Shown here: in pieces, positions 1 through 11,400 of the stretch
Layout: each line of letters starts with the position of its first letter
Position numbering within the stretch: the stretch's first letter is position 1
Assembly: GCA_965644315.1 (NCBI GenBank)
Contig: CBFFRQ010000038.1
Location: forward strand, 62,001 to 126,000
DNA: 64,000 bases
Direction of reading: 5' to 3'
Source: Caecitellus pseudoparvulus
Taxonomy: Eukaryota; Protista; Bigyra: Bicosoecida
The notes under the pieces: model-generated
What the model was told of the DNA's origin: nothing
Database searches by the model: none
The model's input: only the letters and a program-made list of their open reading frames with translations
Program-made: the position numbers and the translations under genes

Positions 1-726
1 GACGTCATCACCGTGGGCGGGCAGAGCGTCACCTCCGAGTTCGCTGAGATCACCGACGTGACCGGCCTGGGCCCTGCCTACTCCCTCGGCAAGTTCGACG
101 GCATCTGCGGCTGCGCGTGGGACACCATCGCCGTGGACGACATCCCCCCCATCTTCAACGACTTCATCGACGCCGGCATGTGGGACAAGCCCCTCTTCTC
201 CGTGTACCTGCCCTCCGACGACTCCCAGCAGGGCGCCCTGACCCTGGGCGACATCGGCACCGACTACACCGGCTCCATCTCCTATGTCCCCCTGTCCAGC
301 GAGACGTACTGGGAGATCCAGTTCGACGGCCTGGACATCAACGGCCAGACCACCTCCAACACCGGCAAGGCTATCATTGACACCGGCACCTCCCTGCTGG
401 CTGTGCCCGTCGCTGACGCCAAGGCCATCGCCAAGGCCCTGGGCGCCACCCCCTTCTTCCTGAACCCCAACGAGTTCACCGTGGACTGCTCCAAGGTGTC
501 TTCCCTGCCCGACATTGACGTGAAGATCGGCGGCACCACCTACTCCATCCCCCCCTCCAAGTACATCATCAACGACGAGGGCGTCGTGTGCCTCCTGGGC
601 GTCACCGGCATTGACATCCCCGCCCCTGCCGGCCCCCTCACCATCCTGGGTGACGTCTTCATCCGCGAGTACTTCACCGTCTTCGACTACGGCAACAAGC
701 AGGTCGGCCTGGCCAAGGCCAAGTAA
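1..726 (+). CDS. Pepsin/cathepsin D-family (A1) aspartic protease, C-terminal part (5' end outside window)
   Basis: Frame is open from base 1. Motifs FDGICG, YWEI, second catalytic IIDTGTS, ILGDVFIREYFTVFD and VGLA. Strong C-ending codon bias. Confidence 0.96.
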   Translation, partial: DVITVGGQSVTSEFAEITDVTGLGPAYSLGKFDGICGCAWDTIAVDDIPPIFNDFIDAGMWDKPLFSVYLPSDDSQQGALTLGDIGTDYTGSISYVPLSSETYWEIQFDGLDINGQTTSNTGKAIIDTGTSLLAVPVADAKAIAKALGATPFFLNPNEFTVDCSKVSSLPDIDVKIGGTTYSIPPSKYIINDEGVVCLLGVTGIDIPAPAGPLTILGDVFIREYFTVFDYGNKQVGLAKAK

Positions 727-930
727 GTGCCGCAACGCGTCAATGCGAGCTCGGCCATGCTCGGGCGCCTCCCGCCATTGGGAGGTGTCCAGGGTGTTGC
801 CCCAGCTCGCGACTCGCCCCGTGGATGCAATGCAAGCCACCAAACACCGCGCGGACACCCGCACAATCAACCCACCACACAAGCCAGACACCGCGCCAAC
901 GGCGCCCAGGAGACCGCCAGCCAAGGCACC

Positions 931-3098
931 ATGGCGAGCTTTTCCAGGCACCATGCTGCCGTGGATGGAGCCCTCGTGCCCCTGCGTGTGGGGCTGCTCA
1001 CCGAGGTGGCGCTGGTGGGCCTGGGCGTGCAGGTGACTTCCTGGGCGTGTCAGGCAGCGCTCACACAGCACGTGCCGGAGCCGTACATGGTGTGTAGACA
1101 GCACTGCTCGCGTGTTGTTGCCATGCGTGCACGTGCAGTGGCGCCTTCTGCAGGATGAGGTGTTCCATGCCCCCCAAGCCCAGCGGTACTGTGCAGGAAA
1201 CATGGGCAAGTGCAGCCTCGGGCAAATCACCCCTCAACTTCCGCAGCACCACACCACTCGCTTCCCGGCGCCCCCTTCCTCAGATGACTGGGACCCAGCC
1301 ATCACCACGCTGCCCGGGACATACTACATTAGTCTGCTGTTCTATCGGGCGTTTTTCTGGCTCCCGGGCATGCCAGCCTCCTGCACCTTGACATTCCTGC
1401 GCTTCACCTCCACCCTCTCCCTCTCCGCGCTGGCTGCCGCTGTGTACTACTGGGCCCGCACCGCCTCGGCGACGACAAAGGGCTGGCTGCAGGGCACAGC
1501 CTGCACCACTTCAGCATGGTCGGGAGGCCCCCTCGTCGTGCCAGACAGTGTGCAAGTGCCCCCCGCCTGCATGGTGGGCTGCCTGCCGCGTCCAGGCGAC
1601 GGCCTGCGCCGCTGCATTCACGGCACGTGGATGGCGTCACCCTGGGTGTGGCCCCTCCTCCTCGCCCTGGTCGTGGTGTCTTTCCCACCCCTCTGGTTCT
1701 CCTCGCAGCTGTACTACACAGACAGCATGGGCGCGGCACTCGTCGCGGCGTGCTACTTCACAGCTCCCCTTCGCAACGTGCCGCCACGAGCGGCACCCTT
1801 CTCAAGCCACGCTTCCAGCTGGGTCAGCGCCACGGTACGTGCTCTGTGCCAGCCACGGGCAACACTGCGGGGATGCCCTGTGCTCCTGCCCATGTGCACC
1901 CTCGCCCCGCTCTCCACAGCTGGGCCTCTTCGCAGTTGCAGTGCGACAGAGCAACATCGTCTGGGTGGCCTTCGTGGCGGCCACAGTCGCGACCACGCAC
2001 GCGTCAACCCACTTGGTGGCAGAGCTTGGAGGGATGCCTGCTGTGCCTCGTGCCGACGAAGCGGCGCCTGCGCCGGCGGCAGCGCCTCTGGGTGTGCCGG
2101 GAGCGGTGGCTGTGCTGACGGTGCGGTGGCTGGGCAGGTTGGACCTTGCAGTCGCTGGCGCAGCTGTATGGCGCGCCCTGACGCTGAACTCCGCGTACCT
2201 TGCTGGTCTGCTGATGCCATACGCCCTCGTAGGCTGTTGCTTCCTCTGTTTCCTTGTTTGGAACCAGTGGAGCCTCGTGCTGGGGCACGCAGCGTTCCAC
2301 ACGCCTGGGCTGCACGCTGCCCAACTCCTGTACTTCTGCTGCATTGCAGGGCTCGTGACAGTCCTCCCCGCTGCTTCCACCGCCACAGGGCGGGTGTGGC
2401 TGTGGGACACCGTGTTGGACTTCGCGACCTTCTTCACCTTCCGCACGCGTGACATGGGCCAGCGAGCATGGGCTGTCCTGGCTGCCAGGTGGGCCGTCCC
2501 CCTTTCCGTCGTTGCCACTGCATGGTGGGCCCGACACGACGCAGTCGTGCATCCCTTCATCCGCTCGGACAATCGCCACTTTACGTTTTATGCCTGCAGT
2601 AAGCTGCTGTGCAAGTACTCGTGGGCTCCCGGAGTGGGCACTGCTGTCGCAGTGCTCGTCGGCACTGTAGCATGGGCGCGTCTCCTGCACGCCGGCCAGG
2701 CAGTCACTCGCCTGCACAAAGCCATCGCCGCCTCTGCACTGCGACAAGCACCCCTGCCACACTCTGCCCTCGTCCCAAGCTGGCTTCGCACGTGCGCACA
2801 CGCGGGCTTCCCTGGCGTGGACAGGTCACCCGCCACGCTGCTGGCAGACCTACACCGGGTCAGCTGGCGCATTGCCTTCGCAGCAGCCTGTGTCTGCTCC
2901 CTGGCCCCGGCGGGGCTGGTGGAGCCCAGGTACTTCATCGTGCCGACGGTGCTGTTCCTCCTTCACGCAAGGTTCAGCAGGACGCAGCTCTTCCTGCTCT
3001 TCGTGGCGTTCTGGGCGATCAACACTGCAACTTTTTCCCTCTTCCTGCACCACCCCTTCACCCAGCCAGATGGCAGCACTGGCCGTTTCATGTGGTAG
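931..3098 (+). CDS. ALG10: Dol-P-Glc alpha-1,2-glucosyltransferase ALG10/DIE2
   Basis: Introns 1090-1153 and 1835-1919 (GT..AG). Splicing restores VPEPYM|DEVFH, WDPAITTLPGTY, YYTD, RQSNIVW, HPFIRSDNRHFTFY, VEPRYFIVP and the terminal RFMW*. Confidence 0.93.
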
Positions 3099-3109
3099 CC
3101 CAGCAGTTG

Positions 3110-6100
3110 CTACTCCCGGCGCCGGAGGCGACCCAGAAACCCGCCGCTGTCAAGCGCACACATCAAATCTGCAAGGTCTTCACTTTGCCCAGCATGCGCA
3201 CCTGCCGAGGCAGGTGCGCCTGAAGTGCTTCCTTGAGCAGCATCGCTCTTCCGCTGAAGGCGGGTCAAGTGCCGGAGAACGGCTTCGTGCAGCGTTGTCA
3301 GGGTGGCACACGCAGTGCGTGCAAGGGGGGAGAAACTGCCGCCGCCCTCGAGCAGCAATGCAGCCAGCAGGCTGTGCCATGTTGCGAACTTGAGCAACGC
3401 ATCCAGCACAGCCTGTAGCTCAGCCGTCACTGTGGGGTCTACGCCGCGTACCAAACAAGCCCGTGCCAGCTCCTCCAAATGGGCCTCATGCAAGAGCAAA
3501 ACAGCCTCGATGCTGCCCGCGCCGGACATGGTGTGTGCAACCACTGGAAACTGCCGCAGCAGCGATGGGGAAGCCACGAGCTGCGACACGGGCATGGGCT
3601 GTGCATCCAAGGCCTGAGCAATGCTTGCGATGTCTTGAATACTGGGCACTTCACTCAGCTCCAGTCCGTCGGCGTCGAAGCCTGTGCTGCGGGCAGAGGT
3701 GCCTGCAATGCGGGAGGCCACGAATCCTCGCAGTGCGAGGGCAATGTGTGCGCATGACTGGGAAGCAATGAACACTCGCCGGAGAGGCGCATGGTGCAGA
3801 CCCTTCTGCTTCCGCAAGGACTGCTGCGCCCGCCCGTTGACCTGCATGCAGAAGTGGAGGGTCAGCAGCGTACGGTGCAGTCTGCGATAGACAGCCTTGG
3901 CTTTGGTCGAGAAGAGGAGGGACAGCGGCCACTCTGGCGTGAACTGAACCTCAATTCCCCTGAACAGCGCGAGGACGTCTTCCACAGCAGTGCTCGGGTG
4001 TGGCGGCTGTGTTTGGGCGCGGTGCTTCTCCAGCAACGCGCGAGGGCGAATGTGAAAGGAAAAAAGGCCTGGCAACACATCGCCTCGGCAGAATGCCTTC
4101 AAGCTCTCCCCACGCAGAGCATGCTCCTCTGCTGCCCAAAGCACGTGCCGGCGAACATCAACTTCACTCACTGTCCACGGTAAGCACCGTCCGAGGCTCG
4201 GCACACTCCATACGGGCGCTGAAGTCTCAGCCACGCCTGAAGCAGAGGGTGTACCCTGTGCCCCAGCGCGGCGCAGAGCGGTCGCGGCAGGAACCGCGAC
4301 CTCGCCTGCTGGAGGCAGCCGACGGGTGTGGCGCCGCTGCGCCAGCACACCAGCCAGAACACTCGCCGCACTTCCCAGAGAGCCTGCACGCCGCCCCACG
4401 TCGGAACCAAGCACTGCGCTGAGCGCAACAGAAGCCGCCCCTGAGGCAGTGGACTGACCCCCCAGAACGGTGCTTCCACTGCTCAGCACTAGGCGGCGCA
4501 GCGCAGCTGCCTTCGTGCGCCGCTGCCCACCCACGTCGCCCACTTCCGGCGCTGGCAACCGCCTGTCGGCCTGCAGAGCGGGTGCATGCGACAACACTGA
4601 CTCAGAGTCGCTCAGCACCTGCTTGGGCACCGGCTGTACTTCGGCTTCCTGGAAAGGAAGCCGTTCGCTGCAAGCCAGAACGTCTTCCATGCGCTCAAGC
4701 ACTGTCGCCATGCGTGCGCTGGCGATGCTGTGAATGTTCGCATTCAACTGATGCCGTGCCGCTCCGCTGCTGCCGAAAGCTGACATGGCGCCAGACACTT
4801 CGTCCACCAACGCCCCAGGCACCCAAGCCCACCGAAGAGGCGAAGTCCCTGCGGCAACGTGCAAGGGCAATGCTTCCACAGAGCGCTTAGCGACAAAATG
4901 CCGTGCAGCTTGCCCAAGAAGCGCCTCAGCGCTGCTCATCAGTCGGCTATGCACACTGTCGTGCAGCTCAGCATCCATCCCCAGCGCGGCAGCACGGAGC
5001 GTCCGGAACATTCGGAAGACATCGGCGTCGAACAAGAGAACAGACACTATGTGATGCTCCACAAAATCCGCCTGCGCCTTCACTGCCGCCCCGAGAGCTG
5101 GGAGGTAGGCTTCCAAGCCAAACTGCGCGCCTGAGCGCTGGCCGAAGTCAGAACCCGCTTCACTTGACACCAGACTCATGCCAAACGTGCTCAAGTCAGC
5201 GAATTGCTCAGGGAAAGGCAAGTCGCTCGCAAGATCCAACGGCTCAGTGACATTCACTTGCGAAGCAGCAGGCGGCTTGCGGGAGGGAGAGAGGCGCAGA
5301 AGAGCCGCCTCATGCAGCCCATGCGAACCTTCAATTTCAAGCTGCAACTGCCGCACAGCTTCCTCTGAACGCTGCTCTGCTGCTCTGTGCCCCTTGAACA
5401 ATTCACGCACCTGCATGCCGCACCTGAGTGCTGCACTTGCCACCTGCTCCAAGCACCCTGGAACGGGGGTGGACAGGCTCCAGCCAGTGGCAATCCAGGA
5501 TGGCCCCGAGCCGGTTCGGCACACGCTAGCATCAGCTTCTGACACAGCAAATCCAACCCATGTCTCTTCGCTGACAGAGGGAAGCATGAGGCCCCTCCGC
5601 ATCCATGTATCCATGGCTGAAATTGTCGGCTGCAACGCTGCCACGACGGCTTGCTCTTCAGTGGAACTGTACACGTGCAGACCATCTAGGCCAGTCCTCG
5701 GGCTTCGATCCCCGTCGCCAGCACTCTCCACAAGCTGCCCCACTTCAAGAAGCGCACCCTGCAAGGACTGCCCACTGCAGCTCTTTCCTTGATATGACGG
5801 CCTGGGACACGCAGCATGAAGCGCATTCACCAAGCGTGTGCACCGAACATGCAGGGGCTCATTCCAGAACCGCTCTGCACACCCAGTGACTGTATGAATG
5901 CTGGCAAGGCTTTCTGCGAGCACGGGCTTTCCGTCAGGGAGCAGGTCCTGCACTTTCCTTTCTTCCAGGGCTGCCAAGCGCCACCAAACAGGTACTGCGC
6001 GTTCCAGGCAAGCAGCTTCTAGACAAGCCACACGCCAATACTTTGAACACCAGACAGATAGGCATGGAACAGATTGGACCGGTATCATTTCAAGTACGTA

Positions 6101-7216
6101 TTGTAACCCAGAAACTGCGCACTGCCTTGTGACTATTGAACTGCCTGTTCCAGAGCGCGCGGTGCGTCGCTTGAGGCTTGATGCCAACCTCGCGGGGCAA
6201 GTGGGTGTCGAGCAGGCTAGCCGCCGAGACAGGTCTTCGGCCTCTACTTGCACCCTGCTCCATCGTGAAACAAGCACTCCGATTGCAAGCTGCTGCGCCT
6301 GGGCAACTAGTGGCTGAGTGTCATAGGGAGCCTGCCCGCTAGGCTGAGATGGTGACACGGCAACTTCACTCCTCAGCCCGCGATACCGATTCAGCAACTC
6401 AACCAGTCGCTGTACATGGACGTAATGCCGTGAGATGCACTCAAGACGCCCCAATAGAGCACTCGCAAATGCAGGTTTTGGTGGAAGAGCTGGCAACATG
6501 CCAGGCGAACCACAACGAGCTGAACTGCCCTGCCCGTCGCCCTCCACGGGCGAAGCTTCAGAGGGAGCCTCGCGAATGCCACTCGTGACACTCTCATCTG
6601 AGCTAAGGCTCTCACTCTCCTCGCTGTCACCTCCAATTTCTTGCAGCCACTCCCGCATCGTGCTGTCAGGGGTTGTTGACCTGACCGCCACTGGCTGCTG
6701 CAGCTCCTCCTCTTCCTCGCTTTCGCCCAGGCTGGCTGGGAGGTCATCCGCAAAGTCGGCAGGACGCTGCGCAAGACTCAGAAGACACGACACACACGCC
6801 CAACCTGTCGTTTTGTCCTGCAAATCAACGCCAGGGCATAGGTGCTAACAAGGGGCAGGATACACGACGGCCACCCTCGAAACCACGCACCGGAACAAGA
6901 CTGATCACCCTGTCCACACTTTCTAGCAGCCTCCTCGCCTTTGAAATTCGGTTGTGAAACACCAGCTTGTCGCTAAGCCTGCAACACCGCAAATCATGGG
7001 ATGAAACGAGGTGCACGGTGCGCGAAACGCTGGGGAAACGCACTTGGACACCTCCCCCTGCACCGTCGCACTGTAGGAGCTGGGATACGAATGATGCAGC
7101 ACAGCATGGTGCATCATGTATCTTGAAGCTAGCGTGTGGTTCTCGCTGCTCTCCGAAAACCCCGTCAGGGCAGAGACCAGGCGCCCGATGAGTGCAGCCT
7201 CTTGACTGGCGTCCAT
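3110..7216 (-). CDS. TUBGCP5: Gamma-tubulin complex component (Spc97/Spc98 family), most like GCP5
   Basis: ATG at 7216; introns 7043-6979 and 6890-6818. N-terminus (LVSALTGF..SEN..HHSY..LSDKLVFHNRISKA..LLSLAQRP) resembles the GCP5 N-terminus. GRIP2-type motif IEVQFTPEWPLSLLF..YRRLHRTLL and LHEAHLEELARACL. Confidence 0.75.
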
Positions 7217-8495
7217 GGCATTTGAAGTCTGGCCGCACACACTAGACCCTGCCAACTTCGAGGCTGATCCGGTCCACGAGGGGCGCATGCAAGAAATTAC
7301 CGCATGAGGACAATTTATGTGGTTGTGCGAACGAATTTGAAATTGCACAGCAACTCTCACCACAAAAATGATCTCAAAAAGGTCAAGCAAACAAAAAGAA
7401 TGCTCGCGCCTAAGCGGAGCACCACGTGAAACAGAGAGGGCGATGAGAATGAATTTACTTTTATGAGTTGACCTGCCTGAATCGTGACCAGCAGCGCGCC
7501 CCGTAAGGGTGTGTCGCTCCGTGGAATCTGCCGTATCAGTTCGAGCAAGTGAAGGTGGCAGCGTGCTGTGACTCCCGAGGTCTCGGTCGGCAGCCAACGC
7601 ACTAGCCTGGGGACTGGGCAGAAAATCACCTGCCTCTTGAATGTAGAGGTTTGCTGAGATATTCGTGTGGGGCTGCCTGGCTTCGCTGAATCCAGCCATG
7701 CTTCGCAGGAATTCGGCAACAGCCCCTAGCGCCGCGCGAGGTGCTCAGAGCACTGGACAGGATCTTGTAACGGAAGCAGCAACATCTGCTTCCCTGGACT
7801 GCGCAATGCAAGCTCCTAGGCGTCATGGAAGCTGCACCATACCGCGGAGCGAACCATTCGGAACTTGCGACGTCAAATTCATGCGATCTGTGGGCAAGAA
7901 CGAGCATACGCTAGCGAAACTACTCCTGAACGTGAGAGCTTCGACCAAGCTGCCCTTCATCGGCCACAGCTGCTTCTAGGCTGCGCCAGGCATGGGAAGA
8001 AGTTCAAGGGCTCGGGCTCGAAAACTGCACCACCTCAACCCCAAAGTACGAGACCAGCCGATCACAACGCAACTTCAGGGCAACGATGTGGACATGGTAC
8101 TGCAGAACTTGGCTTGAGGTGCCGTATACGAAAAGCCAGCAAGTGGCGCATGCTTGCGGGGCTGTGAGGAGCCCCGAAACGCTATCGTCGCCTGCGGGCT
8201 GCCGAGAGGTGAAACGCGCCCCAACGCAATGAACGCAAACGGTGCAAATTTACAATCCCCACATCAGTTCATGCGGAGTGTGCAGCACCATGACACTTCC
8301 AACACACAACCATTGCTATGGCCTGTACCCTAGCGACCACAGTGGCATGCTGGAACCGTGAATCACCTGTATCATTTTTCTTGACGAACGGCACTGCACC
8401 TTGCCGACAATCCCGCTGGTGCTTCGCCCGGTGTATCCAGGGCTTCTGGACGCAAGCCTCCCGGTTATCACGTGACAACCAAAGGGAATAGTCCA

Positions 8496-11400
8496 ATGCT
8501 GATCCTGAAAGTAGCACTAGCCTGGTTCCTGCTTGTGGGCATTGTCCCTGGGGCACTGTCCGCCATTGCCCCTCCAGGTGGAGGTGGACCATGCAACTGT
8601 ACGTCTCGCCTCGACTCCGCGCTGCCCGTGCATTTCATAAGCCTCAGAAGAGACACTTTGCTGCTGATCAAAACGCACATTGAAGCTCCTTCTCCTCCCT
8701 GCAGGTCCCTCGGGCAAGTACGTCTGCAACTGTCCTGGCGGACTGGCCTGCCTCATGCCTGCGAGGCGGGGCCTGTATTCAACGGAGGAATACACAGGCG
8801 AAAGGGATGATGCGCTTCTGCTTTTGTCCGATCGCATCCCTCTATATCCTGGTGCTCGCTCGCCATCCGCTGCAGACGCAGCCCGCAGGCAGCTCACCCA
8901 AACCCTCGCAGCCAGAGCCAAACACCCAACGCGCTCCACTGTCGATGGAAAGGAAACAACTCCGTGGTCTGAAAAGAAAGCAGGTTCGCCGAATGTCAAT
9001 TCGTTCTTGCAGATTGTGCTCGGCTTGCGAGGTGCCGAACAAGCGGAAGATGCCCACAGGTCACAGGGCATTCAATCGGATGATGCTAGTCAGGAGAGGA
9101 AGCTCTCCTCGCACAACTGTGTTGACTGCCATTCGGGAAGGTATAAGGCTGAATTTAATTCCGATCAGTTCTGCTCGCCCTGTCAAGCGGGCCGGTTCAT
9201 GCCCCTTTCGGGAGCAACTGTCTGCTCGCTGTGCTCGGCGGGCACATTTTCAAGCTCAGAAGCCACAACTTGCACTGACTGTGCTCCAGGGAGGTACCAA
9301 GACTCCACTCCGGGCTCTTCTTGCAAGGCGTGTGCAGCTGGGAAGAAGAACCCGTCATCTGGATCCACGAGCAGCGCTGCGTGCACCAACTGCTCCCCTG
9401 GATACTCCTCTGGTAGTGGCCAAGGCACGTGCTCAACATGTGCCGCGGGTCGGTATGCGGGCAGTGGTGCGTCGGCCTGCGCGGCCTGTCCGACCGGCCG
9501 GTACCGCACGGCCACAGGCGGCACATCGGCGGGCTCGTGTGCTGCCTGCGCGGCAGGGAAGGCCAGCGGGTCCACGGGGGCCACGAGCGCGACAGTGTGC
9601 AGTACATGTGCAGCTGGCACATTCGCCGGGGCTGGGTCGGCGTCATGCTCGAGCTGTGCGACGGGTCGGTACGCGGGCAGTGGTGCGTCCTCCTGCGCGG
9701 CCTGCCCGACCGGCCGGTACCGCACGGGCACAGGCGGCACATCTGTGGGCTCGTGTGCTGTCTGCGCGGCGGGGAAGGCCAGTGGGGCCACGGGGGCCAC
9801 GAGCGCGACAGTGTGTGGGGACTGCAGTGCGGGACGGTATGCTGGGTCAGGGGCGTCCGCTTGCATCGACTGTGCGCTGGGCAGGTCGTCCAGTGCTGGG
9901 TCTGGCTCCTGTGGGTCCTGTGTGGCGGGTCGGTATGCGGGGTCTGTCGGGATGTCGTCGTGTGCCCAGTGCGGCAGTGGGACGTATGCGGGATCGTCGG
10001 GGTCAAGCAGCTGTACGAGCTGTGCGGCGGGGCGGTACGCAGGCAGTGGTGCGTCGGCCTGCACCGACTGTGCGCTGGGCAGGTCGTCCAGTGCTGGGTC
10101 TGGCTCCTGTGGGTCCTGTGTGGCGGGTCGGTATGCGGGGTCTGTCGGGATGTCGTCGTGTGCCCAGTGCGGCAGTGGGACGTATGCGGGATCGTCGGGG
10201 TCAAGCAGCTGTACGAGCTGTGCGGCGGGGCGGTACGCAGGCAGTGGTGCGTCGGCCTGCACCGACTGTGCGCTGGGCAGGTCGTCCAGTGCTGGGTCTG
10301 GCTCCTGTGGGTCCTGTGTGGCGGGTCGGTATGCGGGGTCTGTCGGGATGTCGTCGTGTGCCCAGTGCGGCAGTGGGACGTATGCGGGATCGTCGGGGTC
10401 GAGCAGCTGTACGAGCTGTGCGGCGGGGCGGTACGCAGGCAGTGGTGCGTCGGCCTGCACCGACTGTGCGCTGGGCAGGTCGTCCAGTGCTGGGTCTGGC
10501 TCCTGTGGGTCCTGTGTGGCGGGTCGGTATGCGGGGTCTGTCGGGATGTCGTCGTGTGCCCAGTGCGGCAGTGGGACGTATGCGGGATCGTCGGGGTCAA
10601 GCAGCTGTACGAGCTGTGCGGCGGGGCGGTACGCAGGCAGTGGTGCGTCGGCCTGCACCGACTGTGCGCTGGGCAGGTCGTCCAGTGCTGGGTCTGGCTC
10701 CTGTGGGTCCTGTGTGGCGGGTCGGTATGCGGGGTCTGTCGGGATGTCGTCGTGTGCCCAGTGCGGCAGTGGGACGTATGCGGGATCGTCGGGGTCAAGC
10801 AGCTGTACGAGCTGTGCGGCGGGGCGGTACGCAGGCAGTGGTGCGTCGGCCTGCACCGACTGTGCGCTGGGCAGGTCGTCCAGTGCTGGGTCTGGCTCCT
10901 GTGGGTCCTGTGTGGCGGGTCGGTATGCGGGGTCTGTCGGGATGTCGTCGTGTGCCCAGTGCGGCAGTGGGACGTATGCGGGATCGTCGGGGTCGAGCAG
11001 CTGTACGAGCTGTGCGGCGGGGCGGTACGCAGGCAGTGGTGCGTCGGCCTGCACCGACTGTGCGCTGGGCAGGTCGTCCAGTGCTGGGTCTGGCTCCTGT
11101 GGGTCCTGTGTGGCGGGTCGGTATGCGGGGTCTGTCGGGATGTCGTTGTGTGCCCAGTGCGGCAGTGGGACGTATGCGGGATCGTCGGGGTCGAGCAGCT
11201 GTACGAGCTGTGCGGCGGGGCGGTACGCAGGCAGTGGTGCGTCGGCCTGCACCGACTGTGCGCTGGGCAGGTCGTCCAGTGCTGGGTCTGGCTCCTGTGG
11301 GTCCTGTGTGGCGGGTCGGTATGCGGGGTCTGTCGGGATGTCGTCGTGTGCCCAGTGCGGCAGTGGGACGTATGCGGGATCGTCGGGGTCAAGCAGCTGT

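Noticed and set aside
7400-7700. Specific call as RNase MRP/P or telomerase RNA
   Set aside because: Only fragmentary similarity; no complete P4 helix or template could be identified.
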